Assembly: GCA_964035545.1 (NCBI GenBank)
Contig: OZ037766.1
Location: forward strand, 17,509,081-17,573,080
Reading direction: 5' to 3'
From: Bugula neritina
Taxonomy: Eukaryota; Animalia; Bryozoa
Length of the DNA: 64,000 nucleotides
In this document: positions 26,901-38,700 of the stretch, piece by piece
How the letters are laid out: each line of letters opens with the position of its first letter
Numbering within the stretch: the first letter of the stretch is position 1
Program-made: the position numbers and the translations under genes
The notes under the pieces: model-generated
The model's input: the letters and a program-made list of their open reading frames with translations, nothing else
Database searches by the model: none
Told to the model about the DNA's origin: nothing

Positions 26901-27977
26901 GGGTTATAAAATTTGAGGCTTTTCTCCTTGAATCAGTGAAACTTTTTTGTCAAACCAATCATCTAATTATAAATTAAATAATTAATAATTATTACATACT
27001 AATATGGAAAGATATTTATTATTTCTGTTAACTGTGTTATGAAATGGATCAAAAAAGTTATCACAGAACAATAATTTTGATGAGTGGTTTTACAATGCTA
27101 CTCTGAAGTTCTCAAATCAGCCAAATTTAATTTTTAACCAAAAATTGTGAATGTTTAAACTAACTTTAAGTTGTGTTATATTATGAATATGGAGTAAAAT
27201 GAATAGATGATATTTTTTCATAATTTTGATTAATAAGACATTTAAATCAGTTTTATTGTAGGTACTATGGGTGTTGGCTGTTTTTATAAGTGTGGCACTA
27301 TGTTTGGCGAGTTCGGACTGATATATTTAATCTTTTGTAGTCTGCCCCGGATCTCCATTCAACACTACTTATTCTTTTCAATGTAGCAGCTCAGCAGAAC
27401 TGATGCATTGGATTCAAGCCATTACTAATGTCAGGTAATGGGAGTTGCTACAATAGAAATAATATTGAACAAACTATTCACTGAATACTAATAATTTGAT
27501 TTAGTTAAATTGATATTATTTAAAAATACTTGTTTTGCTTGTTTTTATTGAATATAAACTCCAATAACTCCTATTTTTCTAAATTATATTTGTAGTGCCC
27601 TAGAAAAAGAATTAAAACAATTAAAAGAGTTGATATTTCGAAAAGAGAAAAGTCTACATCAAAGACAGATAACTCACTTGCAAGTTAATCTCCAACCATT
27701 TGATGCAGCCCCATCTAACCCGATTCCCTCTGGAGCACCTTCTCTATTAAAACCATCTGAACCTTTCCTTACTCTACCACATTTCACTGGATTAAGTTCT
27801 GCTCCTACAGTACCTCACAGACAACATCACACTATTTCTACCATTTCCTCAGTCAACCCAACTCTGCCTCGCTCTCTACAACCAACCAGAAAAGCTCCAG
27901 CACCACCTCAAACCTCACACTCATTTAGTGAGAACACTTCAATGAGCTCAGATGTGTTGCTAATAGACTTTTCCTGA
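23927..27977 (+). CDS. PH-domain protein, PLEKHJ1/PHETA (sesquipedalian)-like, about 243 aa, 5 coding exons
   Basis: Exons 23927-24020, 24189-24277, 24852-24924, 27341-27434, 27596-27977 with consistent phases (1,0,1,2). MRFNDREI, RRVKAKLVNNILALY, EPSELLILSSCTV and YSFQCSSSAELMHWIQAI parallel PLEKHJ1 (MRYNEKEL, KLVVNFLFYF, EPVGALLLERCRV, YHFECSSEEQCQEWMEAL). Confidence 0.85.
25722..26832 (-). mobile_element. RTE/BovB-like LINE, 5'-truncated, with the RT domain internally deleted
   Basis: Endonuclease end (RAMRGADCNTDH), linker (HEDWFDE, KSPGSDGI), then RIPKQVLY...GRPRLRYKD; 3' AGTCGGACACGAC motif and (GAT)n tail. Confidence 0.92.
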
Positions 27978-29149
27978 ATCTGTGTTTGTTATGTTATAAT
28001 TTGTTGAACTTCATATATTTATGAATGAATAATTGCTTGATGTATATTTGTTGTGTGTTTTATATTATGCTACCTGCAATGCAATTGAAAGTTATTAAGG
28101 AAAGGCAACTCCTCTCCATAAGCATCTTGAGCTGGTTTTATGCCAGTAGCTGGCTCAACTGAAGAGTCAAACAAAAAACTCGATGTCAACTTTTGCAGTG
28201 GATTGATTTCATTAAAGTCATTTGCAAGCTTTATGCAAAAGAGTAATATATTTTTTATTTTCTCATATGCCTTTTATAAAGTAATTTTTAAATAGAGTAC
28301 ACTGAAAACTATGCATTTGTAGTTATACTGCATTTATAGAAATAGATTGTTCAGCAAGAAAAAGAATCATTAAGAGTGTCTGTGCTCTGTGCATTGCAGT
28401 TATATAGTGGCACAAGCCACCTTACATAAAATGTTAGTGGCTTATTGTAAACTAACCAACGTAGAGTGGAATTAGCAAGTAAATACTGCATTAGCTGTAA
28501 AAATTGAAATAATGCTAAATTGCATCAAATAATTGTTTGGCGTCTATCTAAATTCTAAAACATTTATAGTAATTATTCATAAAATCAGTAATACAGATAA
28601 TTAACAGTGCAGCCACTAATAAACACAAGGTTACTAAGTTGAAAACAAACTTGATCGTAATGCCACAGTGCATACTTCCTTTCATTCTTAACATACTTAG
28701 CCTATTCCAAATGTTTTCCATTGAAAATTAAACAGAATGGTCTCAGAATGCTCCAAAGTTAAAAGGTTTTTCATAACAACATAACACTTTTACACTACAA
28801 TAAAAAACAACAAATAAAAAGGTTAGCTTGGCACAAGCACAACACTATTATATGTATTTATGTAATATGCAACAAACTAGATATTTTTATGCAGGCATTT
28901 TAAAAATTTCTTGCTCAAGTCGTAGCAAAGAGATTTTTCTGATCCAAATGAATATTATCTCAAGTGTATGCAATCAATAGTCTGCACCATTTTTACACTA
29001 TAGGCAAAATGAACAATATTTAAATTTTGAAAAATCAATTTTACAAAAATGTTTATATTTTGGCATAAACATGTAGAGGGAAAACAGTAGCTTATTGTGC
29101 CTTTCTTTAGTTGTATTTTGGAAATTATAGAGAAGTATTTGCAAAAATA

Positions 29150-29479
29150 ATGTCATTGGATCAGTTTATAAAGTCACCGACTGGAAACCCATTATATACA
29201 GAAGCAGTTGAGCATATAGAGCTGGAGCACCAGGCAGAAATCACTATTCCAATAGAGATCCCAACAGAACATCCATCACCACCAGTATATCAAACACACA
29301 ATCAACAACCAATACCTGATGTTGTAACAAATCAATCAAAGCTAACAGCTAATCAAACCGAAAAGCTTGTATCACCAATTAATAAAGAATTACAAGACAC
29401 CAAAAAACCAACTACTGACATTACCTTAAAGCTAAATGCTTCATCTGAAAAAAGAGTGCCATGCTGTGCTGTTATGTAA
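29150..29479 (+). CDS. Orphan 109-aa disordered protein ending in CaaX box (KRVPCCAVM*)
   Basis: Acceptor gcctttctttag at 29110; ATG with A at -3; P/T/E/Q-rich ORF in otherwise stop-dense DNA; ends precisely in C-CAVM. Confidence 0.7.
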   Translation: MSLDQFIKSPTGNPLYTEAVEHIELEHQAEITIPIEIPTEHPSPPVYQTHNQQPIPDVVTNQSKLTANQTEKLVSPINKELQDTKKPTTDITLKLNASSEKRVPCCAVM

Positions 29480-29766
29480 AACTAGCATGTTGAGAAAACT
29501 TTATATCAATTTGTTATAACTATCATTATTGACTAGTTCCTATCATTGAACAGTAAGTTTTTCTAATCTGTATATATTTATTACAAAGCTTATATATTTT
29601 ATAACACTAAATATAATGCATAAAATAACAGGCGATTTAAGTAATATAAACAACCATAAATATAATATTCTTAATTCATCAGTCTGATACTGTTGTTGCT
29701 AGTGTTGAGCTCGGGAGGAGACAGTTAAAAACAACAACTTTGGTAAATTAAAATTACAGTGTTTTT

Positions 29767-32700
29767 CTATAACTCCTCTGGTAGAGAAACAACTGGAGTA
29801 ACTGCTGGAGGAAAAACCGGTACTTCCCCTGCAGACATGGCTGATTTTGGGTATGTGGGACATGCAGATACTCTACCGCGGCAGATGCAGTTTTTTGCAT
29901 GATCAACTTGAATGAATGCATTGTTCTCCAGCTTTTCTTTGACCAGTTGAGTTAGCATCGCATGATGATGATAAGCTGGAAAGAACTTAATTACAAAAAA
30001 TATAAAGAGCTGGTGAGTCCAAAAGTTGAACTTCCTTGTTTCAGCAATCTCACCGGCAAAGTCAAAACTCTGGCCTGCAAGCAAAGGCATATTTTATTAT
30101 AGTATTACCTGCTACAGCTATAGCATATATCAACTGTTTTCTATAAACTAAAACATAATATTTATATGGTGAAGTAATGAAGCAAACAAGCAGGCCAGCA
30201 TGTTTTTACAACACGTTAGAGCAAATTGTAAACCCAAACACTCAACAGCACTTTATAATATTCATAATTAAAAATATATTATAACTAGTAATATATTAAT
30301 CATTTCTAAAGTAGCTGTTTGTTTTATGAAGAACTTCTCTGACAGAAAAATATTAGTTGCTACATAAGGTTAAAAAACTTCATAAACTATTTCAATAAAA
30401 TTAATTATAGTTCAATGATCTCTTAATCTTTGTTTATGAAGCTAAGCTAAATCAAATAACCTTATTAAAATTTTCTAGCTCGTTTTTGCACTTTGTCTAC
30501 AATATTTTTATTGTTTAGCCCAAAATAGATAGCTGAATAGGAAAAAAATCTTGTAATATAATCAATGTTATATTGACATTTTAAAAGCACAGTTTTTGAG
30601 GTCATTTTAATAAAATGTACCTATTTAAAAACTTGAACTGGTACATAATCTTAAATTGAAAAAACCTTCCTTAAAAACTGAATCCTTTTAGGCTTAGTTC
30701 AAAACCATATAGTCAAGAAATTACTTAAACATTTGGAACAGAACATGTATAGTTTATATTGTTACCTGAGTAACTCATCCGTCAGATTTACATACTTGAA
30801 AATTGAAGTTAATCATATACATACCTACTTCTCCATCTTCTTGCACCTCCCTATCAATATGATCCTTGTCGAGGTCTAGGACAGGCTCACTGCCAACATC
30901 AGCTATGCTCTGCTGTAAAGGGTTTGAAGATATATTCTTAGATTCTGTGCGTCTTAATTCAGGCAATGATCCCGATGCCTCAGTTTTCACCTTAGATGCT
31001 GTGCCACCAGCAACTACAATATAGCATGCTGTATATTGACAACAGATATACTATTTCTCTCTAATCATGAGAATTCTGCATAGACAGAGTGAATCAAACA
31101 AAAGTACTGTAGTTGTTCATTAGATTTGCTTAATATTTTAGCGTCAAGTGTGAAGTAACCAAGTAGAATGATATTTATTTTACAAGTAGGTATATATAAG
31201 GTGCCCATCTTTTGAGCACAGTATATACCTAGGCTAGTGTTAACATTTCTGGTTACAACAACAGCATTGCAGGTATTGCAAGTCATCATATAACAGCATA
31301 AAGGCACTTAGAAATCACAAAATATAAAATAGAACAGCTGCTAGTCAGAAAACAAGTTTATTTTTAAACTAATACAGCAACTTAAAATTAACAAAATCAC
31401 AATACTTTTTCCTTCCCAATGTTGAGTAGTAGATTCGACTTGAGTGAACAATTATTTGGGTGATGAAGTAAATTTCTTTTGTCACAATATTGTCTTGATA
31501 TGGCAAAATTTACTTGTAGACAATAAATAGTTTTAGACTTTGAGCTCTCTAATAGCCTACCAGCTTCTTCTACATTAAGATTTTTCTATGATTTTGAAAC
31601 AATTATTCTAGAGTTTTTTAAATTGGCAATGGACAAATAATAACTTATTATGGATACACCTTTAAATTCACAATGCACCTGAACTAATAGAATCACAAAC
31701 CAGTATAGAAAATAACATTAGATATATATTCAATCCTAAATAGCAGAAACAGGCAAGCATTTACAATTTCTGTAATATATCAGTTTAAGATGACATAAAA
31801 TAGTATAACATCATGTTGTAGTATGACCTGTGTCATAAGCTATTACAAAACCATGCAATGGTCAACTGCTCTCAGGTGCAAGGATTTGACCTTAAGGCTG
31901 CAATAAAATACGTCAACAAGTTAATTATGACGTATGAAAACACATGTGACAGAAGAAATTATCTGCTTTTAATTAAAGCAACAGTAATTTCTTTGGTCTT
32001 AGTCTACTGATTAGAAGTGTGGTCAAGAAAATATAAAGTCATAAGTTTAGTAAATAACTAGTTAGCACCATCTCAGTTGCATACATATATTACAGTAATA
32101 TACTACATACAGTCTTGTTGATATATGGAATATTATTTAAAGTTATCCTACCAACTGATGACTGAACCCTGTCCGTGACAGACACCGAGACATGAGGTCT
32201 TCCACCACCAGCTGCTGATGTTGCAGACCGGGGAGTCATGTTTGGAGCCAAACTACTTTTGCCATCAGCTTCTTCTTCACCATCTGCAGCCATCTACAAA
32301 AAACTAGCAAGATGATTAAGTTGAAAACTAACTTTAATAAAACCTATTTCTATTTATAGACTTAAATTTATCTGCCCAATAGTCTGAAATGACTAAATAA
32401 GCTAATATATATTCCATGAATCAAACAAGCACTTTGTTACCTTAAAAGGTCATATAAACTTTGAAAGCATTACAGTTAAGTACGAGATCTTTCACAAGAA
32501 CTTAAATACATCCATTAAAAGAATCAATTTGCTGTTCATGCAGGTTCTTGTGTTTTAAAACACTTTCAACACTTAATCACGGTGCGTGCAACAGTAAGTA
32601 AGTGGCAATCTCTACATCTTGCATAAATTCTTATTGCAATTTTATAACTCAAACTATAATTGAAACAAAATTAGTTTTCCGATTTTAGAAAACTATATCT

Positions 32701-35700
32701 TTTAAACATGGATTTCGTAATTTTAAATCTTGTGTAGTTTAAGACCATTACTAATCGTTGAGCCTGACAAAAAATATTATCAAGAAACTTTGAGTTCAGG
32801 AGTCTATATTTGAGAAAAGATATTTATGTGCCACAGTTACATGTATACACAGCAAGCAAACTATTATGAACTGCTGGCTATAAAGTTTTGATTGTAGTTA
32901 TCAACCAACTTCATCTATGTTTGATTTGCGATAAGCTATTTGACATGACAATTCAAAAATTACAATTTGAAAACACCTTTTTGGAAAACGAAAAAATCAC
33001 TAACAAACAACTCGAAAAATAGACAATTAAAAAATGGATAGTTGAAAAATAGACGTTTGTGAAATGATACATTTGGAAAAGGAAGAATATTCAACATAGC
33101 CTGGTCCGGAGGGGCGTACAGCATCTGGTCGGGTCCACAATAGCTTCCAAAAATATATATAAAGGCCGAATCAATTGGGCTATTATGGAAGTAGAATTAG
33201 TTACCAAATCGTTCACAATTAAATTTGCCCACATTTACAATAAGCTATTTTGAACCCGGCTAGATACTGAACGTTCTCTCCAGATTAGGCAATGTTGGAT
33301 ATTCTTCATCTTCCAAACGTCCATTTTCCAGTTGTCTATTTTCTAATTGTCTATTTTCGAGTTGTTTATTGGTGATTTGTCTGCTTGCCAGATAAGTGTC
33401 ATTTTTGAAATGTCACGGAATTCGTAAATATGTACCGGCGCTGCAGCCCCTACACGAATCCAATTTTTATTTTGTGTTTATTTTATAAAATAGTACAACA
33501 TAATGATAATTTTTTATTAAACTAGTCTAGGCTGCAGAAAAACATAATGAGCTCACTTGACCACAAAAGCTGAAAGTATAAAAAAATAAATAAATTCAAG
33601 CATTATATAATTGTAATCAGTATTTAGCCACTCAGACTTCAACTCAAAGCATGGTACGGCTGCACATGACTCATGTGCGATGTTTTCAACTTCATAGATC
33701 TAATAACATCATAGGTTTTGATGACTAGATTTATACTAAGAAATTTTGACGATTTTGGTCAACTTACCGGAGCAGATCTACCCGAGGTGTGATCAGAGAA
33801 AACTGTAAGCTGGTCACCAGTTGCCTGAGCTCCCAACATGGCTGATTTGTGGCCTGTGGAACCAAATGGAGATGAGCTGGTTGGGTCTTTTGCTAGTGCT
33901 TCTGTGACATAGTGCTGAGCGCAACTTACCAAAGCTTCAAAGAACTCCAGAAAACTCATCTAGATAATAAAATTAGTCGTTACAGCACTGCTTTCTGCTT
34001 TGATGGATATTATAAATATATTTTTATTAAATTTCAAATTCAATTGTAAATTTACAAAATATTTTCATTTCAGTCAAACAATTAAGCACCACAAGCCTGT
34101 TGTTTCATTATTATTATTATTATTATAAGCTCTAAACACTTAAAATTTTAAAATATCCAGTTGCTGGGGAAAATAACCTTGTGGTTTGTAAGAAGTTAAG
34201 TTCTATAAACATCTCACTAAAAACAATAGTAATAATGAATATCAAAGTTTAGATGGAATATTTGGGATATTTCTCATATCTCTTGTTTAATTCAAACAAC
34301 CAGCACAAGCTCTTTTTGAAATTTAGTAAAACTTTTGCTTTGAATCGCAAAATTTAAACAACATTCACAAACAAAACTAGCAAAGCCAAAACGTTTTGAT
34401 ATTTGGGTGCAATAAACTATTGAAGATCTAGTAATTTTTAGAATACCTCTAATTCCAAATTATATCCATCTTGTTCATCAGTTGCATTAGGATTATCAGA
34501 AGTGAGAATTTCTACGACATGTTTGGCGGTGAGGTCATTGTTGATAAGCTTTAGATCTTTCATGAGAAATAAGAAATCCCGCATTTTCATAGATAACCAC
34601 AGAGAGTTTTGCTGAAAAAATCCAACTATACTAAAAACTATGCCTGTGACAAATTGTATCTAACAAAGAATAGTAATAATTGGTGAAATGAGCTACAGAG
34701 TGAGACCCAAACAGATTGTGTGCCTGCAAAGACTGATGTTAAGATGTCATATATTATTACTCCAAAACCTGCCATAGAGCTACTTTAAATTTTCCATTCA
34801 TAAAAATATATAAAGAAAAAAATCTTAATAAAATTGGTGTGCAATAAAATCTGTTTTTAGGTAGCTTATATAAAAAAATATAACATCCCTTAAAAGAGAA
34901 GAGCAGTTAATTACTAAACACAATAAATGGCATTTTAGTAAATTTTGATGTAAAATTCAAAAGGGGTTTCATCGAAGAAATTTTTGAAAGAAGGAATTGT
35001 AAAGATTGAAAAAATAATAAACCTCAACTTTAAAGTGTCTTTCCAATTTGTTACAATAAAACTGCCAGCGTTGATTTTTGTTGTACGGAGAATATTATGA
35101 CGTTTATAATAATTTACCAACACTGTGCCGTTAAGGCTAGTGAATAAAAACTAACTGTGATCACAATATCAGTGACTTACTTTGACTGATTTGCATGCAG
35201 ACTTGTAAACGAGGTAAGCCTCGTCTACGTACTCCAAGGCAGTGATTGCCCGTCGAGTCTCATAGAAAAATTGGCCCTTGACATTGCAAGCATTCTTTAG
35301 CAGCAAATTGGTGATGAGCTGATTCACACACTCCGGGAATAAGACAGAACCATCGAGCCTAGATGATATTGTAAACTAATAGACTTCACACTAAAGATTT
35401 ATAAAAAAAAGAAAATTTCCCAAAAAAGTTTGTTGAAATAAATGTAGATTGCATAATGTATAGGTGATAGTTACTTCTATTATATAGAGTGTTTAAGATC
35501 TGAAACAATCTTTCAACAGCAGCAGAATTAGAGTTATAGGCTCAACTTGCTGATAAAATAAGAAAAAGTATCATCAAAACACCTTTCATTATATGTTACA
35601 GAAACAAGGAGAACTTGAAACAAAGATTGTAGTCGCATTATACAGACTAGTGGGTCACTACAATAGGACCAACACTCACATGAAGTCTTGGTGGAACAGG

Positions 35701-38700
35701 TGAATGGACAGAGTAATTATATGATTCACAAACTGCCTAAACAGTATTTTATCATGAGGATTCTGTGGCTCATTGGTCTCGTACTCTACAACATGTATAT
35801 AAAATACATAGAAACAAGAGTGGAGTTTACCATTTCTTCAGCACTACACAAAACTAATTTTTTTGTAAACTCAAAAAATCAGAGAATTGAGAAACTGGGG
35901 CAAAAAAATTTGAGCATGACCAGTCTAATAAAAAGCAGTGGGTACTATCAAACATGAGATATTACTGTGGTATATTTGTAGAAATACACGAAATAAAACT
36001 CACTGAATACCAAAGACTACAACATCACCACAGTTTCAATTCAAATTCCTATTTCTGATCAGCTTAACAAAAATTGAACTGGCTTTTATTTCTTGTTATG
36101 AGGCATTCAACACCTTCCTACCTAAAATTCTATCCATGTCTATGAGAGTAAGGTGCTTGTAGTGCAGCTGACAGTCTCTCATCATTCTCCAGAATTGCAT
36201 ATGGCTGAGGATGAAAGTATTGTCTGATGATTCATAGTAGCCAAGGCAGCTGTAGTAGTCGTATATCTGCCAGCAATGTATAAGCAATCATGAATGCACA
36301 CGCTGCACTAGATAGTCAAATTGCCAATTATTATTTCACATAGCATATATGTAATAATTACACTTTAGATTAAAACTGAGCAATAGCAAGTCAAGTCAAG
36401 CAATATTAGCACACGCACACACACATATATGCTCAAGGCAATGAACTAAACATGGCTAATTAACCTGATGACTGCATCAATGTTTGAAAGATGTTTTACT
36501 TTATGCAAAATATACAGAGCCTGATAAACTGAAATAATCTATTTAACTATTACCTTCTTCAAGGCAGATATGTGACGTTTGATGACATTGGCCACTTGTT
36601 TAGAGTCATCCTGTTCACAAACAATGTCTGGGGTTTTAATTAAAGATTGCAAGTTGATCTGGAAACTTGGGCCAAGAGTGTTAAGAGAGGCATTGCTATG
36701 TATAGACATGTTCTCTATAATTAGAAAAGTTATTATACATTTTAATGCAAGTTAGATGACAGATAAATGATAAATTATTCTCACTACAGTCATGTAACAA
36801 AGAAGTTTAAATCTATATAACAAAAAACTTATTGCTTTTCACTAGAAATATCAAACTTTTTCAATTGTTTTACTAAAAAGCATTAACATCAACATAAAAA
36901 TAAATAAACAAGTGAGTAATCTAAAGCAGAGCTAGCATATACTATGCTTACCCATGGGCAGAGGAGTGCAGGTTCTAAGTCCTGTAATGTCAGGTGTGCT
37001 GGTGCCATCCATACCAAAGTTGGGGTATTCCTTAATATGATCCGAATCAAACTGACCTTCATAGTATCTCCCATTCTTGAATGTAAATCGGCCCTTTGAT
37101 AGCAAAGTAAAAAAATCATACAGGTTATTTGAAACTCATTACGTTGGCCATTCCTGTAAAGTGTAGCTAAGGCTTATTAGCAGGCTAAGTACTTGTTTTC
37201 TATCGTGGCAATTTAGCAGTTGTGACTCAATGCTCTTCCTAACAACACTAAATCACCGGCTTTCCATGAATCGACTGAAAAACATCAAAGATCGATATCA
37301 GTCGATCTGAGCTGGTTGGTCTGTGGAGATTGAACTCAGATCGATCTCATGTCAATAAGACCATGGAAAGATGCCAGATCGATCTGAGAAGTAGAAAAGA
37401 ACTGCTTAGGTAAAATGTTGTCTGCTAATAAAAATAATAACTTATTGTTAATTACTAAGCAAAGTACTGAATAGTTACTATAGCCACCTTTTCAGATGTC
37501 AAAACTTTGACTTTCATCAGAATGATTAAGAAAACTCAATTATATTAAATTATAGACGGTAGGAGGTACAAAAAATGAGAGCATTTAAATTGAATTTAAA
37601 TTGAATTTAAATGACTAGTAAAACTTAGTTTCATTAGTTATTAGTTGCGTAATTCGAAGCCTAGCTATCCTGTAAGTTTATGAATAATCTGCAAGACAGC
37701 TATTAATTTTATATAAGCTGTCATGCTAAAAAAATAAAATTAATAATTATAAATTGGTCAAATTACTTCACGCTAAAAGCTTTGCTGCGTAAAGTTTATA
37801 GCTGGTGTTAAATTTTAGACTATGGAAATCTTATTTTCCAACAGCAGTAGCTTCAATCACTCAAATGGGTGAAAACATTATACTATTAAAGTACTCTTCA
37901 CTTAAAAGGAGGCAACTGCGTAAGATCGATCTGACACTTTCATGGAAAAATGATCGATCTAAGCACATTCCTAAGATAGATCCATGGAAAACTGGTGAAT
38001 GGCCTTTTATGGAAATTAAACAGCTGTCATTGTGCTTACTGAGTCAGTACTCTAACCACTACACTATGGCTTCTCCATGAGGAAAATGACTTAAACATTG
38101 TTAAAACAAAAAAGTGAATAGAAACCTGCAATAAACTGCAACAAATAAATAACACAAGTACCGTATAGTTCAACAAATTTTAACAATAAAAATATTTTTT
38201 TTGCAAAACAATTCTTGTGGTAAATATAATCAAAGGAATGTTGAAAAAAATGAAAATTGGTAATACTTATTGGAAACATCACGATTATGACCAAACCACT
38301 AAACAAATAGTAACACAATCAAAAGCATAATTACATTCTTACTTTGCCATGTTTCATATTGTTGTACCAATAGCCTTCATACTTGGCCCCATTCGCATAA
38401 TAGAATGTACCGTAGCCATGCCGTATTCCCTTTACTAATTCTCCATTGTATGTGTTTCTGAGGGTATACTGTGACCCAGGAACTCTCTGCACATACCAGA
38501 CGTGCTGGCCAAGCCCATGTTGTAAGCCATCTTCCCACTGTCCTATATACATTTGGTTAGTATCCACCCACTTCATCGTACCATCCCCTACAATAAATTT
38601 ACAAAAAGGGCTGGAAAAATCAATTTATTATCTGAAATGCAAAAGAAATTGTCCTATTACCATAATTAATGACGATTGTGAGCAATATACTGCATGCAAA

